64,000 bases of DNA from Trypanosoma brucei. Taxonomy: Eukaryota. Location: the NCBI GenBank assembly GCA_000002445.1, contig CH464491.1, positions 1,216,001 through 1,280,000 on the forward strand, given 5' to 3'. The position numbers were made by a program, and so were the translations under genes. Positions 45,993 to 56,963 of the stretch are shown here, piece after piece. The notes beneath the pieces were generated by a model. The model did no database searches, had not been told where the DNA came from, and saw nothing but the letters and a program-made list of their open reading frames with translations. Within the stretch, counting starts at the first letter, position 1, and each line of letters starts with the position of its first letter.

Positions 45993-48900
45993 AGAACAGG
46001 AATTACTCTCAACGGTTTTGTTTCTCTATATCACTGCGTTGCAGAATATGGGGAAGTAAATGGTAGCCCTCGGGGAAGGTGAATGGCAAAAGTGGTGTCA
46101 GTACAGCAGGGGGGAAGTTCAGCTTAATCTTTTTAAAAGGTAGTAATAAGAAACCACAGACCCACAAACTGGACGCTCAACCGCGTTTAAAGTTACCGTT
46201 TAAGACGCGCAAATAAAAGTTGTCTCTCCGTTATGAGAATACTTCACTCCTATTACCCACTTTCGACGCTTTTCTCACTCCGATACTTCGAAACAGACCC
46301 TACTAATGGTCTCGTCCCAGCTGAAACATAATATCTCCATCTGCACCCAATGCCCAGTCCATTGAAAACCAGCTCAGAAATTGTCACTTCTGGCTCCCTA
46401 ATCTTTAACACAACTTGCTTAGCGGCGGATGTCATGACCCTATGTGTAAAGGAGATATCGTCTCCTACATGAATCAGTGCATTTTGCTCAACGTAAACAC
46501 ACCCTGCGTTTGACCGAGTTGAAACCGGTAGCTGATTCCCCACAAACAACTGAACCTTGCAAGTCCAACTCCCTTCCTTTCAGTACCTTCATGCCCCTTG
46601 AGAGACCTTCTACGTTTCAGTGATTCATGACCGGTGTTGTGTTTCTGCTTCTCGTCAAAACTGTAATATGGAAGGAGGTTTCCGAGCTAATGTCGGTCAA
46701 ACGCTCGAAGGCAGTTTATCACATTACGAAAGTACTGCTATAACACAGCTATACAACAAGGGAAAGTTTTTAAAAAATAAATACACCGTTAAAGCGCAGT
46801 TACCCTTTTTCCATCCCCCTAACAACTCTACAGGTAAGAAAAAAATGTGCTGCGTCGTAATGGACCCCAACATCTGGCAGTTATATGGCGTTTCCACTCT
46901 CCTCCGAAATTACAAATTGGCTGACGTTTCCATGCGTGTAACGATCATACTGCGAACAAAGCAAAGAGACCAGGTAATTTTGCGAAGCACTCCTTAAATA
47001 TACCAAAATATCCGTCAAAATGCTGACCACCTTGATAGAAAGCCTTTTTCCGCAAGAAGATAGAAATACCTCCGAAAAAATCCGGTTAAAACATAAAGCG
47101 GTAAAGGTTACGACATCGTAAAACAGATCACAAACATGCATATATAAAGTTGAAAATACAGTACATGCACGGTCTTTCAATCAAAAATTTAAAAATAAAA
47201 GCAACCAAAGTAAAGGCATTTTAAAAAAATAAAAAGAAGAAAAAGCGGCAACCAAAAAAAAATAAAATTAAGGGGTTGCACGATTTCCAACACATATACC
47301 GGCGAATGACAGACAGTGCTAACTCTTTATTCCTCTTGGCACTGCGAAGAGACAAAAAACTGTGGAAATACAACTTCCTCTTCCCAAAATGAATAATTGC
47401 CCACAACATCTTCGCTTCACGATTGTGGTTTATCACTGAACCCGTATGGCTCCCATGTTCCTCCTCTTCACCTTCCTGACTTCCACAGCTTCCCTCACAA
47501 TTATTTAATATTGTGAACACAAAACACACGTAAGTCAAAACGGTCAAATACAGACAAGTTACGGGGAAGACGGGACCACCAATCCTTCAAATATGAGACA
47601 AAACCTCTACAGCTCACTGTTCAGCATGCTGCGTAGACAGCTGAGACCACATTAGCGACAAAAGGTCAAAAAATGCACAAAGTCCCCGCCCCAATTATGG
47701 TAATCCCCTCTACAAAGATCATCTTGTACAACTGGTGTACAACACACCTCCGATGGAGTTAGATCTACTATACCACACAATCATAAAGATGGAAGACGGA
47801 CATCAAGAGAGGCACCGTTGCTCTGCCATCACAGAGCACGAGCAGCAGAAAGCAGGGCCGATGCGTAACCCCCTTGATCGCACCTGCGCAGGTGAATCGA
47901 TCGATTTAGTGAAAAAACAGTCTTTAAAAAAATATCATACACCTCATATTACCGTGTAAATTCCATTGCAACAAAGCAAAAACTTAGTAATAACGGGAAG
48001 TTGACGTTACGATCAACTGTGCCGACGGCCGTGCCACAAACAAATACCAGAAAGATATAACCATTAACGCGCCAGAAACCGCAGCCCACTGTGATCACCA
48101 AGTCAGCAACTGGCCAAAAAGACAATATTAGTTTTTGAAGAGCTAGTAAAGACATCACACGTATAACGTCAACGGCACAAAGTGGTTGTACTCCACGCAT
48201 CGGGGAATTCAAAAGAAGGTAAATTAAGTTCCCTTCATACAGAGGTAGTTTCTCCTCCATTGGCACCACCTGAGACTGACCTAGGAAACAGGGATGCCTC
48301 AAAGCCTGTTTGGTCACTCCTTATTTGTACTGTTAACCCCCCGAAGTGCCACAAAGAAACGACAGCAGAGGAAACAGATCCTGTGCGCATCACAGCCCCG
48401 TTACAGGGATGTGTCATTCAGAACGCATGCACATACACGGAGGTGTGACCGCACCGCTCACGTCCAGTTCCCCCTCGTGCCACCACCGCCACGTCCTGCA
48501 CGAGTAATGAATTCGCTAGAACACATTCCCGCACCAAGAGAACCGAACGGCAAAAACAAAGAATTGAAAAGAAACGGACCCACGCGCACTGTCGGATACT
48601 TAGATCCAATAAAAGTGATCACTGCACCTGCCTCGCCGCCGGGCGATCACGCCCTCCTTTCCCCTCGGTCGGGCGGCTCCGAGTACGCACCAAACACATT
48701 CACGGGTGTCTGGGACACCACACCCTTCACCACTGCCACCAAGCACTCACATACCGAACACCGTTGCGATCTACGGTATCCCTCTTGCTCTCCTTCGCGA
48801 AAGATGCCACACGCGACAGCGACCACAACAAACGGATCAGAGAGGCAAGACGGGGGCGACGCGAAAGCAAGGAGGCAGGAACCCACCCACTGGACGCCGG

Positions 48901-51721
48901 CGGCAAGGCCTGCAAGGCACGTGAGCCCTTCACGAACCATTTCCACCGCCCCCTGTGAAGGCCCCAGCCGCCCGACAAAGTCGCACTGCCCTTGCGGCCT
49001 GCATCGCCGGGGGAAATAGGAGAGCCGATAATACCTCTAGTGGAGGGAAGTTTTGATGACGCTGAGCACCTCCAACTTTCAACTACAAATAGGTTCCGGA
49101 GTCCCTGCGCACCGCAGACCGCAACGACAGAATACCTCAGAAAGGAACACTGTCAGCCACTTGGATAAAAGCAACACCGCCTCTTCCAATAGATGAATAT
49201 CAACCCACAAGACAGCGTGATTTCCAGATACGCCGGTCACCCCACCGCGGTGCCAACGGAAAATACTTCACAGATAAGGGAAGCCAACATCTAGCACACC
49301 ACTCGAGTCATCAACTTGGGGCTCGCACTTACGACACATCGACCAGAGCACACGCGCACAGCACTAACAGAGAATTTCGGGTAACGTATAGCCTCTAAGT
49401 ACGCACTATTCCCGACGCAATCGCGTTATCACATACCCGCGTTAATGGAATCGTCCTGTTCCTGAACACGGACGTCGAAAAGAACCAAGTTCTTATTTTC
49501 TGTGGAACAAATTAGGACGTGAGAGGACTCCTAGACGAGAAAGGTCGACCTTTACTGATGTGCCTCGCAAAAAGGTGTCTTCCTCCAGCCAACACCCGAT
49601 GCGATCCCAGCATCCCGACGGAAGTGGGGACGCTTAGTTTTTCTTGAGGGTGGGCGCTTTTCCATGACGCCACGGTGTACCGTCGGCCGTTGATGCGGTG
49701 GCGCGCTAGTTTTGTGGGTCATGGCTGCCGAGCGTCGTTATTCACCAACACGACATTCGAAGTGGTAAAACCCCTCAGCCTTTCCGTCCCGCCTTTTGCA
49801 ACAGAGTACCGGTTTTCTGAGGTTCCTCCCCAGCGCGCGTTGATCGTCAAAGTCGACGAGGGTTTCGGGGGGAGAGCGTGCGACTAGAAATTTAAAATGA
49901 TGAGTGGGCGGCCTAGCCGGACCGCGCTGGAATAAGGTGGCAACCATTCTGCGGGTGTGAACCCTTGGAGCTGCGCGTTCGCTGTCGCGGCCTGCCGGTG
50001 AGCCGGGCTGCCCGGTATACTATCGAGGGAGTAGGTACTTTTATGCCGTGCTCGTTAGGTGTTTCTGTCCGCGTTTCCTCCTTGACCGTAAGGCTCTCAC
50101 GTTCCGGCTTGGCGAGGTACCGTGTTCGTGGGAACGTGAGACTTTGGATTCCCGGTTTTGCAGCTTGGTGGTGAAGCGGGCCTTCTGTCCTTGACGGTGC
50201 CGTCTGCCGCCTGTGACAGAAGCGAGTTCCGTCGCGTCAGTGGTCCCAATCTAGAAGGGTCCAGGCAACCCCACTCTCCCTGTGCCTACCGTATCAGTGA
50301 CAGATTTGTGGGAGGGGGGGGGGGTCTCTTTCACGCGTTGCTGGACTTGCGCAAAGGACTTTTGCCAACGCTGCACACATTTCCTCTTTTACCTTTTGTT
50401 TTCCCAGCTCATCAAACTGAGTGCGTTCATGTGCGTTGTGGGTGTGACCGTTGTAGTCGAACGTTTCTGATGTAACCCAGGAAATACGTTAGACGACAGA
50501 GCTCACCAGACCGCGTCAGCGCTCCTCCGCGCTTTGGTGACAACGTGAATGTAGGGGCGGTGCTGATATTTGGTCGCCCGTGTATAGCAACGTTTTCTTA
50601 CCAAATGCATAATCGGTCAAAAAGTATGGAAGCGGAACTAGGGTGTCAAGAACATGTGCAATGTGGCAATCGGACTTTGTGGCTTGGCTTAGTTGCTATG
50701 AAATAATTAGCACTAAAATCTTTCCGTGGTTACGACGAATCTTTTCTTGATTGTGGTGTGTTTGATTGCAAACACGGAGGTGCAGACGTTCAAGCACCCA
50801 GTTGTTTGGCTATATTAAATAGGTTTGGCGGGCAGTTCGTCTGTCTCCACCCATGCTCACACCTGGTCATTAAGAAAGGAAGCTGCTTTTTCTAGGGGAA
50901 ACATGGACAGAGCTACCGATAAAGCTAACTGAGTCAACTTTTGCTTTTTCTTTTTTGAGAAAAAGTCACAGGGATCCCTAACCATATCTTTACTAGCATG
51001 AAATTTATGGAAGCCTTTCGTTGTGGTATGATTTACCGTAACCGCCAGGGGTGAAAACCGGTTAGTGGGTAAAGTGATTACCGTCTATATCACCAAAAGT
51101 GTCTATTGCCCGTAGTATGTTGATACTATAGGTAAATTTCTGTTGTTCGTTTCTTGGGCGTATTTACGAGGTGTGGTGGTTAAGTTGAAGTTTTTTTTTA
51201 ATTTCGAGAGTCCTTTTTTTTAAAAAAAAGGAGGCTCTCTCAGATGAGAAGGGAAGAATTGGTAATGACATTAGGTATGTGCGAAGCAGAATGTAACGGT
51301 GTCATTGCCTTCGTCATTGTTGCACACTCGATCAATTTAATTTAAAGACGTAGGTACCACAAGTCCTAATCAGAGGTGTGTGGTAAGGGAAAAAGCAACA
51401 ACATGTTAACCATTGAAGAGACTAAGAAATTCGGTCCTTTTTTTGTTATGTCTTGCGGGGTTTCCGTGAACCTTATCATCGGAGGTATCTCTAGTACCAA
51501 CTGTTTGTCTTGCTTGATGAGCTAATTATTTTTTAAAATGAAATGATGAACCTTTTCTTGATTGCGGTTATTGATTGGTCGCTAAGTGCTTCCTTCTATT
51601 TAGAGAATTTTGCAACATAACCCTAACCTATTTTCGCCACTGTCTACTTTACTAAGGTTTGTTAATTCTTAAGTATTTCGCACGGTATAATCACCGAAAA
51701 AAATTTATACCACGACCAAAG
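45993..51721. promoter_or_regulatory. divergent strand-switch region between the two polycistronic units; putative bidirectional RNA Pol II transcription start region
   Basis: No long ORF with coding character over 5.7 kb. Minus-strand genes end (5' ends) at 45992 and plus-strand genes begin at 51722. The + strand is C/A-rich over 48300-49300 (GT-rich on the minus strand) and G/T-rich over 49950-50480, including G11 at 50314-50324. AT-rich, polypyrimidine-containing sequence lies at 50500-51700 before the first + gene. Confidence 0.6.
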
Positions 51722-52075
51722 ATGTCAGAAAAAGGTGGTGACGACAGTCGCTCTTCTCAGGTTCGTGTTAGTGTTAAGCGCCGTAATTTCTCCTACGTGG
51801 ATTCCATTAAGGTCCGTCTCAGCGGAGGAAAACCGGAAGTTACCATATCTGCATTGGGTAAAGCCATATCAGATGCAGTTGCTGTCGCCGAAATACTAAA
51901 AAACCAAGGGCTTATCGATGTTAAAAAAATCACAACCTCTCGGGGCGCCGCTGAATCTGATGGCGACGCGGTGAACGACAAGATCGAAATACTGATTACA
52001 AAGTCTAAGGACTTTGACACAATATATGCCGAACAACAGAAAAGGAAGTTGGAAAACGCTGATAAAAAGGAGTAG
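51722..52075 (+). CDS. ALBA: ALBA-domain RNA/DNA-binding protein (paralogue 1 of tandem pair)
   Basis: 117 aa from ATG 51722 (MSEKGGDD…). The track ORF starts 21 codons earlier. VRVSVKRRNFSYVDSIKVRLSGGKPEVTISALGKAISDAVAVAEILKNQGLIDVKKITTSR…DKIEILITKSKDFDTIYAEQQKRK is an Alba-fold layout. Clearly paralogous to the next gene (shared VKKITTSR, DKIEI, YEEQQK). Confidence 0.65.
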   Translation: MSEKGGDDSRSSQVRVSVKRRNFSYVDSIKVRLSGGKPEVTISALGKAISDAVAVAEILKNQGLIDVKKITTSRGAAESDGDAVNDKIEILITKSKDFDTIYAEQQKRKLENADKKE

Positions 52076-52638
52076 CGGTGATTTAACAAAAAGAGAGAAT
52101 GAACGGTAAATCCGAACTTACGTGTGCTTAGGGGGGGAGAAATAGGCTGCTGAAGGGCATGTGTGGTATACATATACATCATATGTCCCGGTGTAAAGGG
52201 GAGATAACTGGTGAAACGGAGGGTTAAGAAACAGTTCGAGAATCACACTCAGCTATGTTTTTTTTTTTAAAGGTGGGATCTCTCTTTTTCGTCTTCGATA
52301 CAATTATTGATATCGCCGTGTTTTACGGTAGCATCCAGGAAAAGAAAAGTAGAATAGGCCAGTTTATTTTTGACATCGCCTGATTTTTGAAATATTGAAA
52401 GGAAACATTCACTGCTGTATCTATTTGTTTCCTTTTTACCATTTGTATTTACCCTTCACTTCTTTTCATAATTGGTAACATAACGATCAAAATTAAAAAA
52501 TATATTGGGATAAGAACAGCGAAAATACCACACAAACACCAAACACACATACAAAAGTATATCTGCTACTTTAAAAAAAAAAAAACTTCGAAAGAACTTT
52601 GGAACAACTCAAGAAGACAAACGAGGAACTCGCTGCAT

Positions 52639-53016
52639 ATGACGACAGGAAAGAGCGACCGCCCCAGGAACTCCGTCCGGGTTGGCTATCGCGGTACTAA
52701 ATTTCTATTTGTTGATATAACCAAGCACCTTTTGCACGATGGCGAGAAGGAAGTATATGTTTCTGCTCTCGGTGGCGCCATCAACGAAGCTGTGTCCGTT
52801 GTGGAGATGCTGAAGGATCAGCAAATGGTGGTTGTAAAAAAAATCACCACCTCGCGACAGGTCAGTGAGGAACCAGACGACGGCCCTGTCGACAAAATCG
52901 AAATCGTTGTTACGAAAGCAGATGGTTTCGACGCGAAATATGAAGAGCAACAAAAGGCTCGCGAAGCTAAGAGGCTCGAAAAGGAGAAAAATGAGAAGGA
53001 GAAGGCTACAGCGTAA
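52639..53016 (+). CDS. ALBA: ALBA-domain RNA/DNA-binding protein (paralogue 2 of tandem pair)
   Basis: 125 aa with a real ATG 52639. VRVGYRGTKFLFVDITKHLLHDGEKEVYVSALGGAINEAVSVVEMLKDQQMVVVKKITTSRQV…DKIEIVVTKADGFDAKYEEQQKAREAKRLEKEK. Lys/Glu-rich tail. Confidence 0.65.
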   Translation: MTTGKSDRPRNSVRVGYRGTKFLFVDITKHLLHDGEKEVYVSALGGAINEAVSVVEMLKDQQMVVVKKITTSRQVSEEPDDGPVDKIEIVVTKADGFDAKYEEQQKAREAKRLEKEKNEKEKATA

Positions 53017-53040
53017 TGAAGAGCGAAACCGAAATGAAGA

Positions 53041-53067
53041 GAGGGAGAGAGAGAGAGAGAGAGAGAA
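53041..53067. repeat. (GA)n microsatellite (about 12 units) in the ALBA2 3' flank
   Basis: gagggagagagagagagagagagagaa read directly. Confidence 0.9.
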
Positions 53068-53390
53068 CGGAAAAAATGAAAATACACGAGGTACACGGGG
53101 AAATATGTTTTTCATTTGGGCCGGCTTTGATAACCCATATCTTTGGAGAAGATGGAAAGAGAAAGTAAAAGGATAGTGGCTCTGGGACAAGAAAAGGAAG
53201 AAATATACTAGGTATTGAGAAGTCATCCAAGGTCCGTGTTTAAACTTGATCAGTTTCACGAGTGTTAACATCTTTTCGCAAAGGAGGGAAAATATTACCT
53301 TTTCGCCTACTTTTTTCTATGCCATCTAATTCTGTTGTAGGTCACCTTTCTTTGTGGTTGTGTAGGTGCTGCTTTCCGAAAATTCGGAAT

Positions 53391-56300
53391 ATGGACAACT
53401 ATACCATAGTCGAACTTATAGGGGAAGGGTCGTTTGGAAAAGTTTACAAGGCGAGAAGAAAGGGTACGGGTCACATCGTGGCGATGAAGTTCATAGTCAA
53501 GAAAGGTAAAAATGACAAAGAACTTCTTAACCTTCGTAGTGAAATTGAAATTATGACTAAACTCAACCATGACAACATCATAACGTTGTTTGAGGCTTTT
53601 GAAACTCAACAAGAATTCGTTGTGGTAATGGAATACGCCCAAGGTGAATTATTTGAAATTCTTGAAGACGATAAAAAACTCCCCGAAGAGGTTGTCCGGC
53701 GCATCGCGAAGCAATTGTTGCAAGCACTTCATTACTTGCACTCGAACCGCATTATGCACCGCGACATGAAACCTCAGAACATCCTCATAGGACAGAACGG
53801 ATCCGTGAAACTTGCGGATTTCGGATTTGCGAGGACGATGAGCTACAATACGATGGTGCTAACCAGTATTAAGGGAACACCCCTCTATATGGCACCAGAA
53901 CTTGTGCAAGAGCAGCCATACAACCACACAGCAGATTTGTGGTCTCTCGGGTGCATTCTATATGAGTTGTTGTACGGCAAGCCGCCCTTTTATACGAACC
54001 ATCTTTATAAGCTGATCAACCAAATCGTCAACGACCCCGTAAGATTTGAAGAACCTATATCACCGGACTTCAAGTCGCTTTTGAAAGGACTTTTGACCAA
54101 ATCGTTCTCGGCCAGATTAAACTGGCCACATTTACTTAACCACCCATTTGTTGCCATCACTGGGGACGATGAGAAGTGGTTGATGGCGGTAAAACAGCAC
54201 GACACGAAGATGAAGGAACGCATGGAACGACTAGAGTGCCTGCGACATCACGCTCAACCAAACAGGGTTGTTGAATTAGATGCAGGTGGCCCGTGCCAAA
54301 CGCCCGGGAACACGCATGGGTTTCCACTGGGTTCGGAAGAAGATGAAATATTTTCACCTTCCTCGTTAAAGTGTCTACTTTCTCCTTCAGATGGCGAAGG
54401 TTGTATTGAGGCGTTCCGTGGGCTGCTAGTTGCGGTTGAAAACGCTACATCATTGCCCCTTCAGAAAACTGCTTTGTTAGAACGAATCCTACACGTTGGT
54501 GTTTTGGGACCTATAGTACGGCACTTATGTGACAAGCAGTCAGCCGAAATGAGCCGACTTGCTGTCCAGATAATCAAAACCCTCGTGTTTCCGGAGGGTA
54601 ATGCTGTGTTACCGTTTCCTTCTCAGCGACCCTTACAAGAAACAATAGATGCATCACCGCAGCCAGGCGACTTGCCACCTGTTGGCCTTCTTATTCGACA
54701 ACAGGTTTCTCTGGAGCTACTAGAAAAACCCCGAGAGTCCCTCGACTTTCTTGTGAAAGAAGTAATTGAAAATCGTCATGGGTTTCGCGTGGATTGTGTT
54801 AAAATAATTTTCCAGTGTGTGAGGTGGGGAGTAGGTTTTGGACCTGTTTTGACCCAGTTGAAGCTTTTCCCTTCATTTTGGGCGTCATTACTTGACTCCG
54901 TGACAGAGGGAAGCCATTTTCAGACGTACGCGGCACTAGCATTCCACACCGTTTCTGCGATGATTCCGCACATAAAGTTGTCCGCCCCAGATCAGATAAA
55001 TGCAGACAAGGTGTCCGCATTTGTCTCTATTGGTTTGCTAGCCGTGCGTTTCTATGATTTGTCAAAAAGTTCGGATATAGCTGCGCTTAACTCTGCCGCC
55101 GCTGCAGCTCTTCTGGCCGCATTTGTTCACCGGGAAATGAAGGACACAATGGTTTTCGAACCAGACGCGGCGTTCATGGAAGGGTTATGTGCCATAGTGA
55201 AAGATGTAAGAGGAATTGCCGATCGCAATAGTGTCTGGCGAATTCTTGGAAATGGCTATGGCTACCCGGATTACGGATTTTTGGATGGAGTAGTACATAC
55301 TTTGTCGGTGATGTTTTCTAATCCACAATCTATCGTATACCAAAATAGTGGTCAGCTCCCTTCGCGCTCATACCTTGACAGCGATCAAAAAGGACTGTTG
55401 CGCATTGCTGTTGAACTACTCCGCGATAGTGACCCAAAAACCGAACTGTCGCCTAATGGTGTGGTTGCTGCTCTTCGATGCGTGCAGCAGGCCTGCCAGC
55501 ATCAACGAAGGGATGAGCATTTTACTAGTCTTCTGTTGGAACGGATAGAAGCATATCGTGGGGACAGTGGAGGTCCAGTTTCGGTTGCCGGCGTTGTTTG
55601 TCATCAACTACGAGCAAGCTATCTAGGGCAACTTCGCTCTTGGCCCGAACATAGTGGTGGTGGCACGGTTGGAGTAAACGCGCATCTTACCGTAGTTGTT
55701 CAGATACTGCTAGCGGCACTTCAGACATCCAAACAGGGTTCGGAGTCAGACGACGAAGCCAACGCCTCTGTGCAGCAAATTTTTTACAAAGAGGGACTTA
55801 TGGAGATGCTGATTGTTGCGCTTGACTACACTCAGGTAGCATTTTGGGGTCCACCGTTCAACATTATAACAAAGCTGGTGGTAGGGTCACCGCCATTCGC
55901 CAAGGCTTTCGTTGACGGTGGTGGACTGCAGTGTGAGAGAATAGGAAAGGTCCTGGATTCGAAGAAGGCAAGCGCAGGGCTCGTGTCGGACGGACTTAAT
56001 GTTCTCTCTCAACTAGCCCGGCTTTCCAAAGATTTTTACCTGCCAATTCATAATGCAGACTTGTACAGCGCGGTTTTAGAACTGCTGCGGCACAGTGACC
56101 CAGGGATTCGGAGCAAATCATGTAACCTGGTAGGAAACCTATGTAAACACTCACCATACTTGTACGAACCCCTCGCGAGACACGGCATAATTGATATGCT
56201 GGTTGAGAGATGTAGTGACAGGGATCCCGCAACGCAGAAATTTGCAGCATTTGCTGTTGGGAATGCTGCGTTCCACAATGGCTCCCTTTACGAGAAGCTA

Positions 56301-56660
56301 AGGCCTTCGATTCCCGTCATGGTGAAGCTTTTGACTAGTAGCGATGAGAAAACGAGGCAGAACGCTGCTGGAGCCGTAAGTAACTTCGTACGAAATGGAA
56401 GCACACTTACAAACGCACTAATGGAAAACAGTGCTATCGAAACTCTTTCCCACATGCTCAAGAAAGATAAGGTGCCCCTCCGAAAAATTGCACTTATCAC
56501 CATAGGTTCCTTCTGCGCTTATGAAAATTGCAAAGCGAAGTTCCTGGCACTAGGTCTAGAGGGAACTATTAGGCAACTTGAAGAGAGTGGCATCTGTAAT
56601 GTCGATCCCTCCATCACAAAGTACGTGGCACGGATAAGGCAAAGGATTTCGTCCTCGTGA
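53391..56660 (+). CDS. STK36: Fused/STK36-type serine/threonine protein kinase with C-terminal armadillo/HEAT repeats
   Basis: Kinase motifs [14 protein letters not shown]…[33 protein letters not shown]-terminal ARM repeats (…[18 protein letters not shown]…[19 protein letters not shown]…[19 protein letters not shown]…) resemble the Fused/STK36 C-terminus. Start moved to ATG 53391 ([13 protein letters not shown]). The 43 codons before it in the track are pyrimidine-tract encoded. Confidence 0.8.
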   Translation: MDNYTIVELIGEGSFGKVYKARRKGTGHIVAMKFIVKKGKNDKELLNLRSEIEIMTKLNHDNIITLFEAFETQQEFVVVMEYAQGELFEILEDDKKLPEEVVRRIAKQLLQALHYLHSNRIMHRDMKPQNILIGQNGSVKLADFGFARTMSYNTMVLTSIKGTPLYMAPELVQEQPYNHTADLWSLGCILYELLYGKPPFYTNHLYKLINQIVNDPVRFEEPISPDFKSLLKGLLTKSFSARLNWPHLLNHPFVAITGDDEKWLMAVKQHDTKMKERMERLECLRHHAQPNRVVELDAGGPCQTPGNTHGFPLGSEEDEIFSPSSLKCLLSPSDGEGCIEAFRGLLVAVENATSLPLQKTALLERILHVGVLGPIVRHLCDKQSAEMSRLAVQIIKTLVFPEGNAVLPFPSQRPLQETIDASPQPGDLPPVGLLIRQQVSLELLEKPRESLDFLVKEVIENRHGFRVDCVKIIFQCVRWGVGFGPVLTQLKLFPSFWASLLDSVTEGSHFQTYAALAFHTVSAMIPHIKLSAPDQINADKVSAFVSIGLLAVRFYDLSKSSDIAALNSAAAAALLAAFVHREMKDTMVFEPDAAFMEGLCAIVKDVRGIADRNSVWRILGNGYGYPDYGFLDGVVHTLSVMFSNPQSIVYQNSGQLPSRSYLDSDQKGLLRIAVELLRDSDPKTELSPNGVVAALRCVQQACQHQRRDEHFTSLLLERIEAYRGDSGGPVSVAGVVCHQLRASYLGQLRSWPEHSGGGTVGVNAHLTVVVQILLAALQTSKQGSESDDEANASVQQIFYKEGLMEMLIVALDYTQVAFWGPPFNIITKLVVGSPPFAKAFVDGGGLQCERIGKVLDSKKASAGLVSDGLNVLSQLARLSKDFYLPIHNADLYSAVLELLRHSDPGIRSKSCNLVGNLCKHSPYLYEPLARHGIIDMLVERCSDRDPATQKFAAFAVGNAAFHNGSLYEKLRPSIPVMVKLLTSSDEKTRQNAAGAVSNFVRNGSTLTNALMENSAIETLSHMLKKDKVPLRKIALITIGSFCAYENCKAKFLALGLEGTIRQLEESGICNVDPSITKYVARIRQRISSS

Positions 56661-56963
56661 CATTTTACTTTGGAGCATCAGGAGGGAACGGTGGCACCAT
56701 CATTGTTGTAATTGAAGAAATACAAGTAAAATACAATAGCGATACACCATCCCTAATTTCCTTGCTTTAACCCATATACGTTGGCTTCAAGTCAACAGTT
56801 TCCGTTATTTAAATCGCGACGTTAGAGGAAATGATCCCTTTCTCTCGTCTTTTTCTATTAGATTCCGTGGTTAAGGAAAACAAGTGAAGTGGAGGTGGAA
56901 AGGAGAGCCAGTTGGAGAGAAAAACCACGTACACAAGTTTTACAGAATAAATCAAGGTCAGAT

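Noticed and set aside
46253-46549. 98-aa minus ORF with faint resemblance to ubiquitin-like modifier (URM1-like 'GDDISF…' segment)
   Set aside because: Starts on TTG with the first ATG late. Lacks the diagnostic C-terminal Gly-Gly. Resemblance too weak, so treated as chance.
48294-49019. 241-aa + ORF in the strand-switch region
   Set aside because: Pro/Arg/Thr/His-rich translation of C/A-rich DNA with no periodicity or motif. Interpreted as the non-coding GT-skewed promoter flank of the minus-strand unit.
45993-51721. Search for tRNA / snRNA / 7SL genes in the strand-switch region (common at kinetoplastid SSRs)
   Set aside because: Scanned for A-box (TRGCNNAGTGG) and B-box (GGTTCGANTCC) signatures and cloverleaf-like segments and found none convincing. 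A covariance-model scan (tRNAscan/Infernal) would be decisive.
52705-53271. 188-aa and other minus-strand ORFs overlapping ALBA paralogue 2 and the GA microsatellite
   Set aside because: Low-complexity Leu/Ser/Phe-rich translation of repeat DNA, antisense to the ALBA gene.
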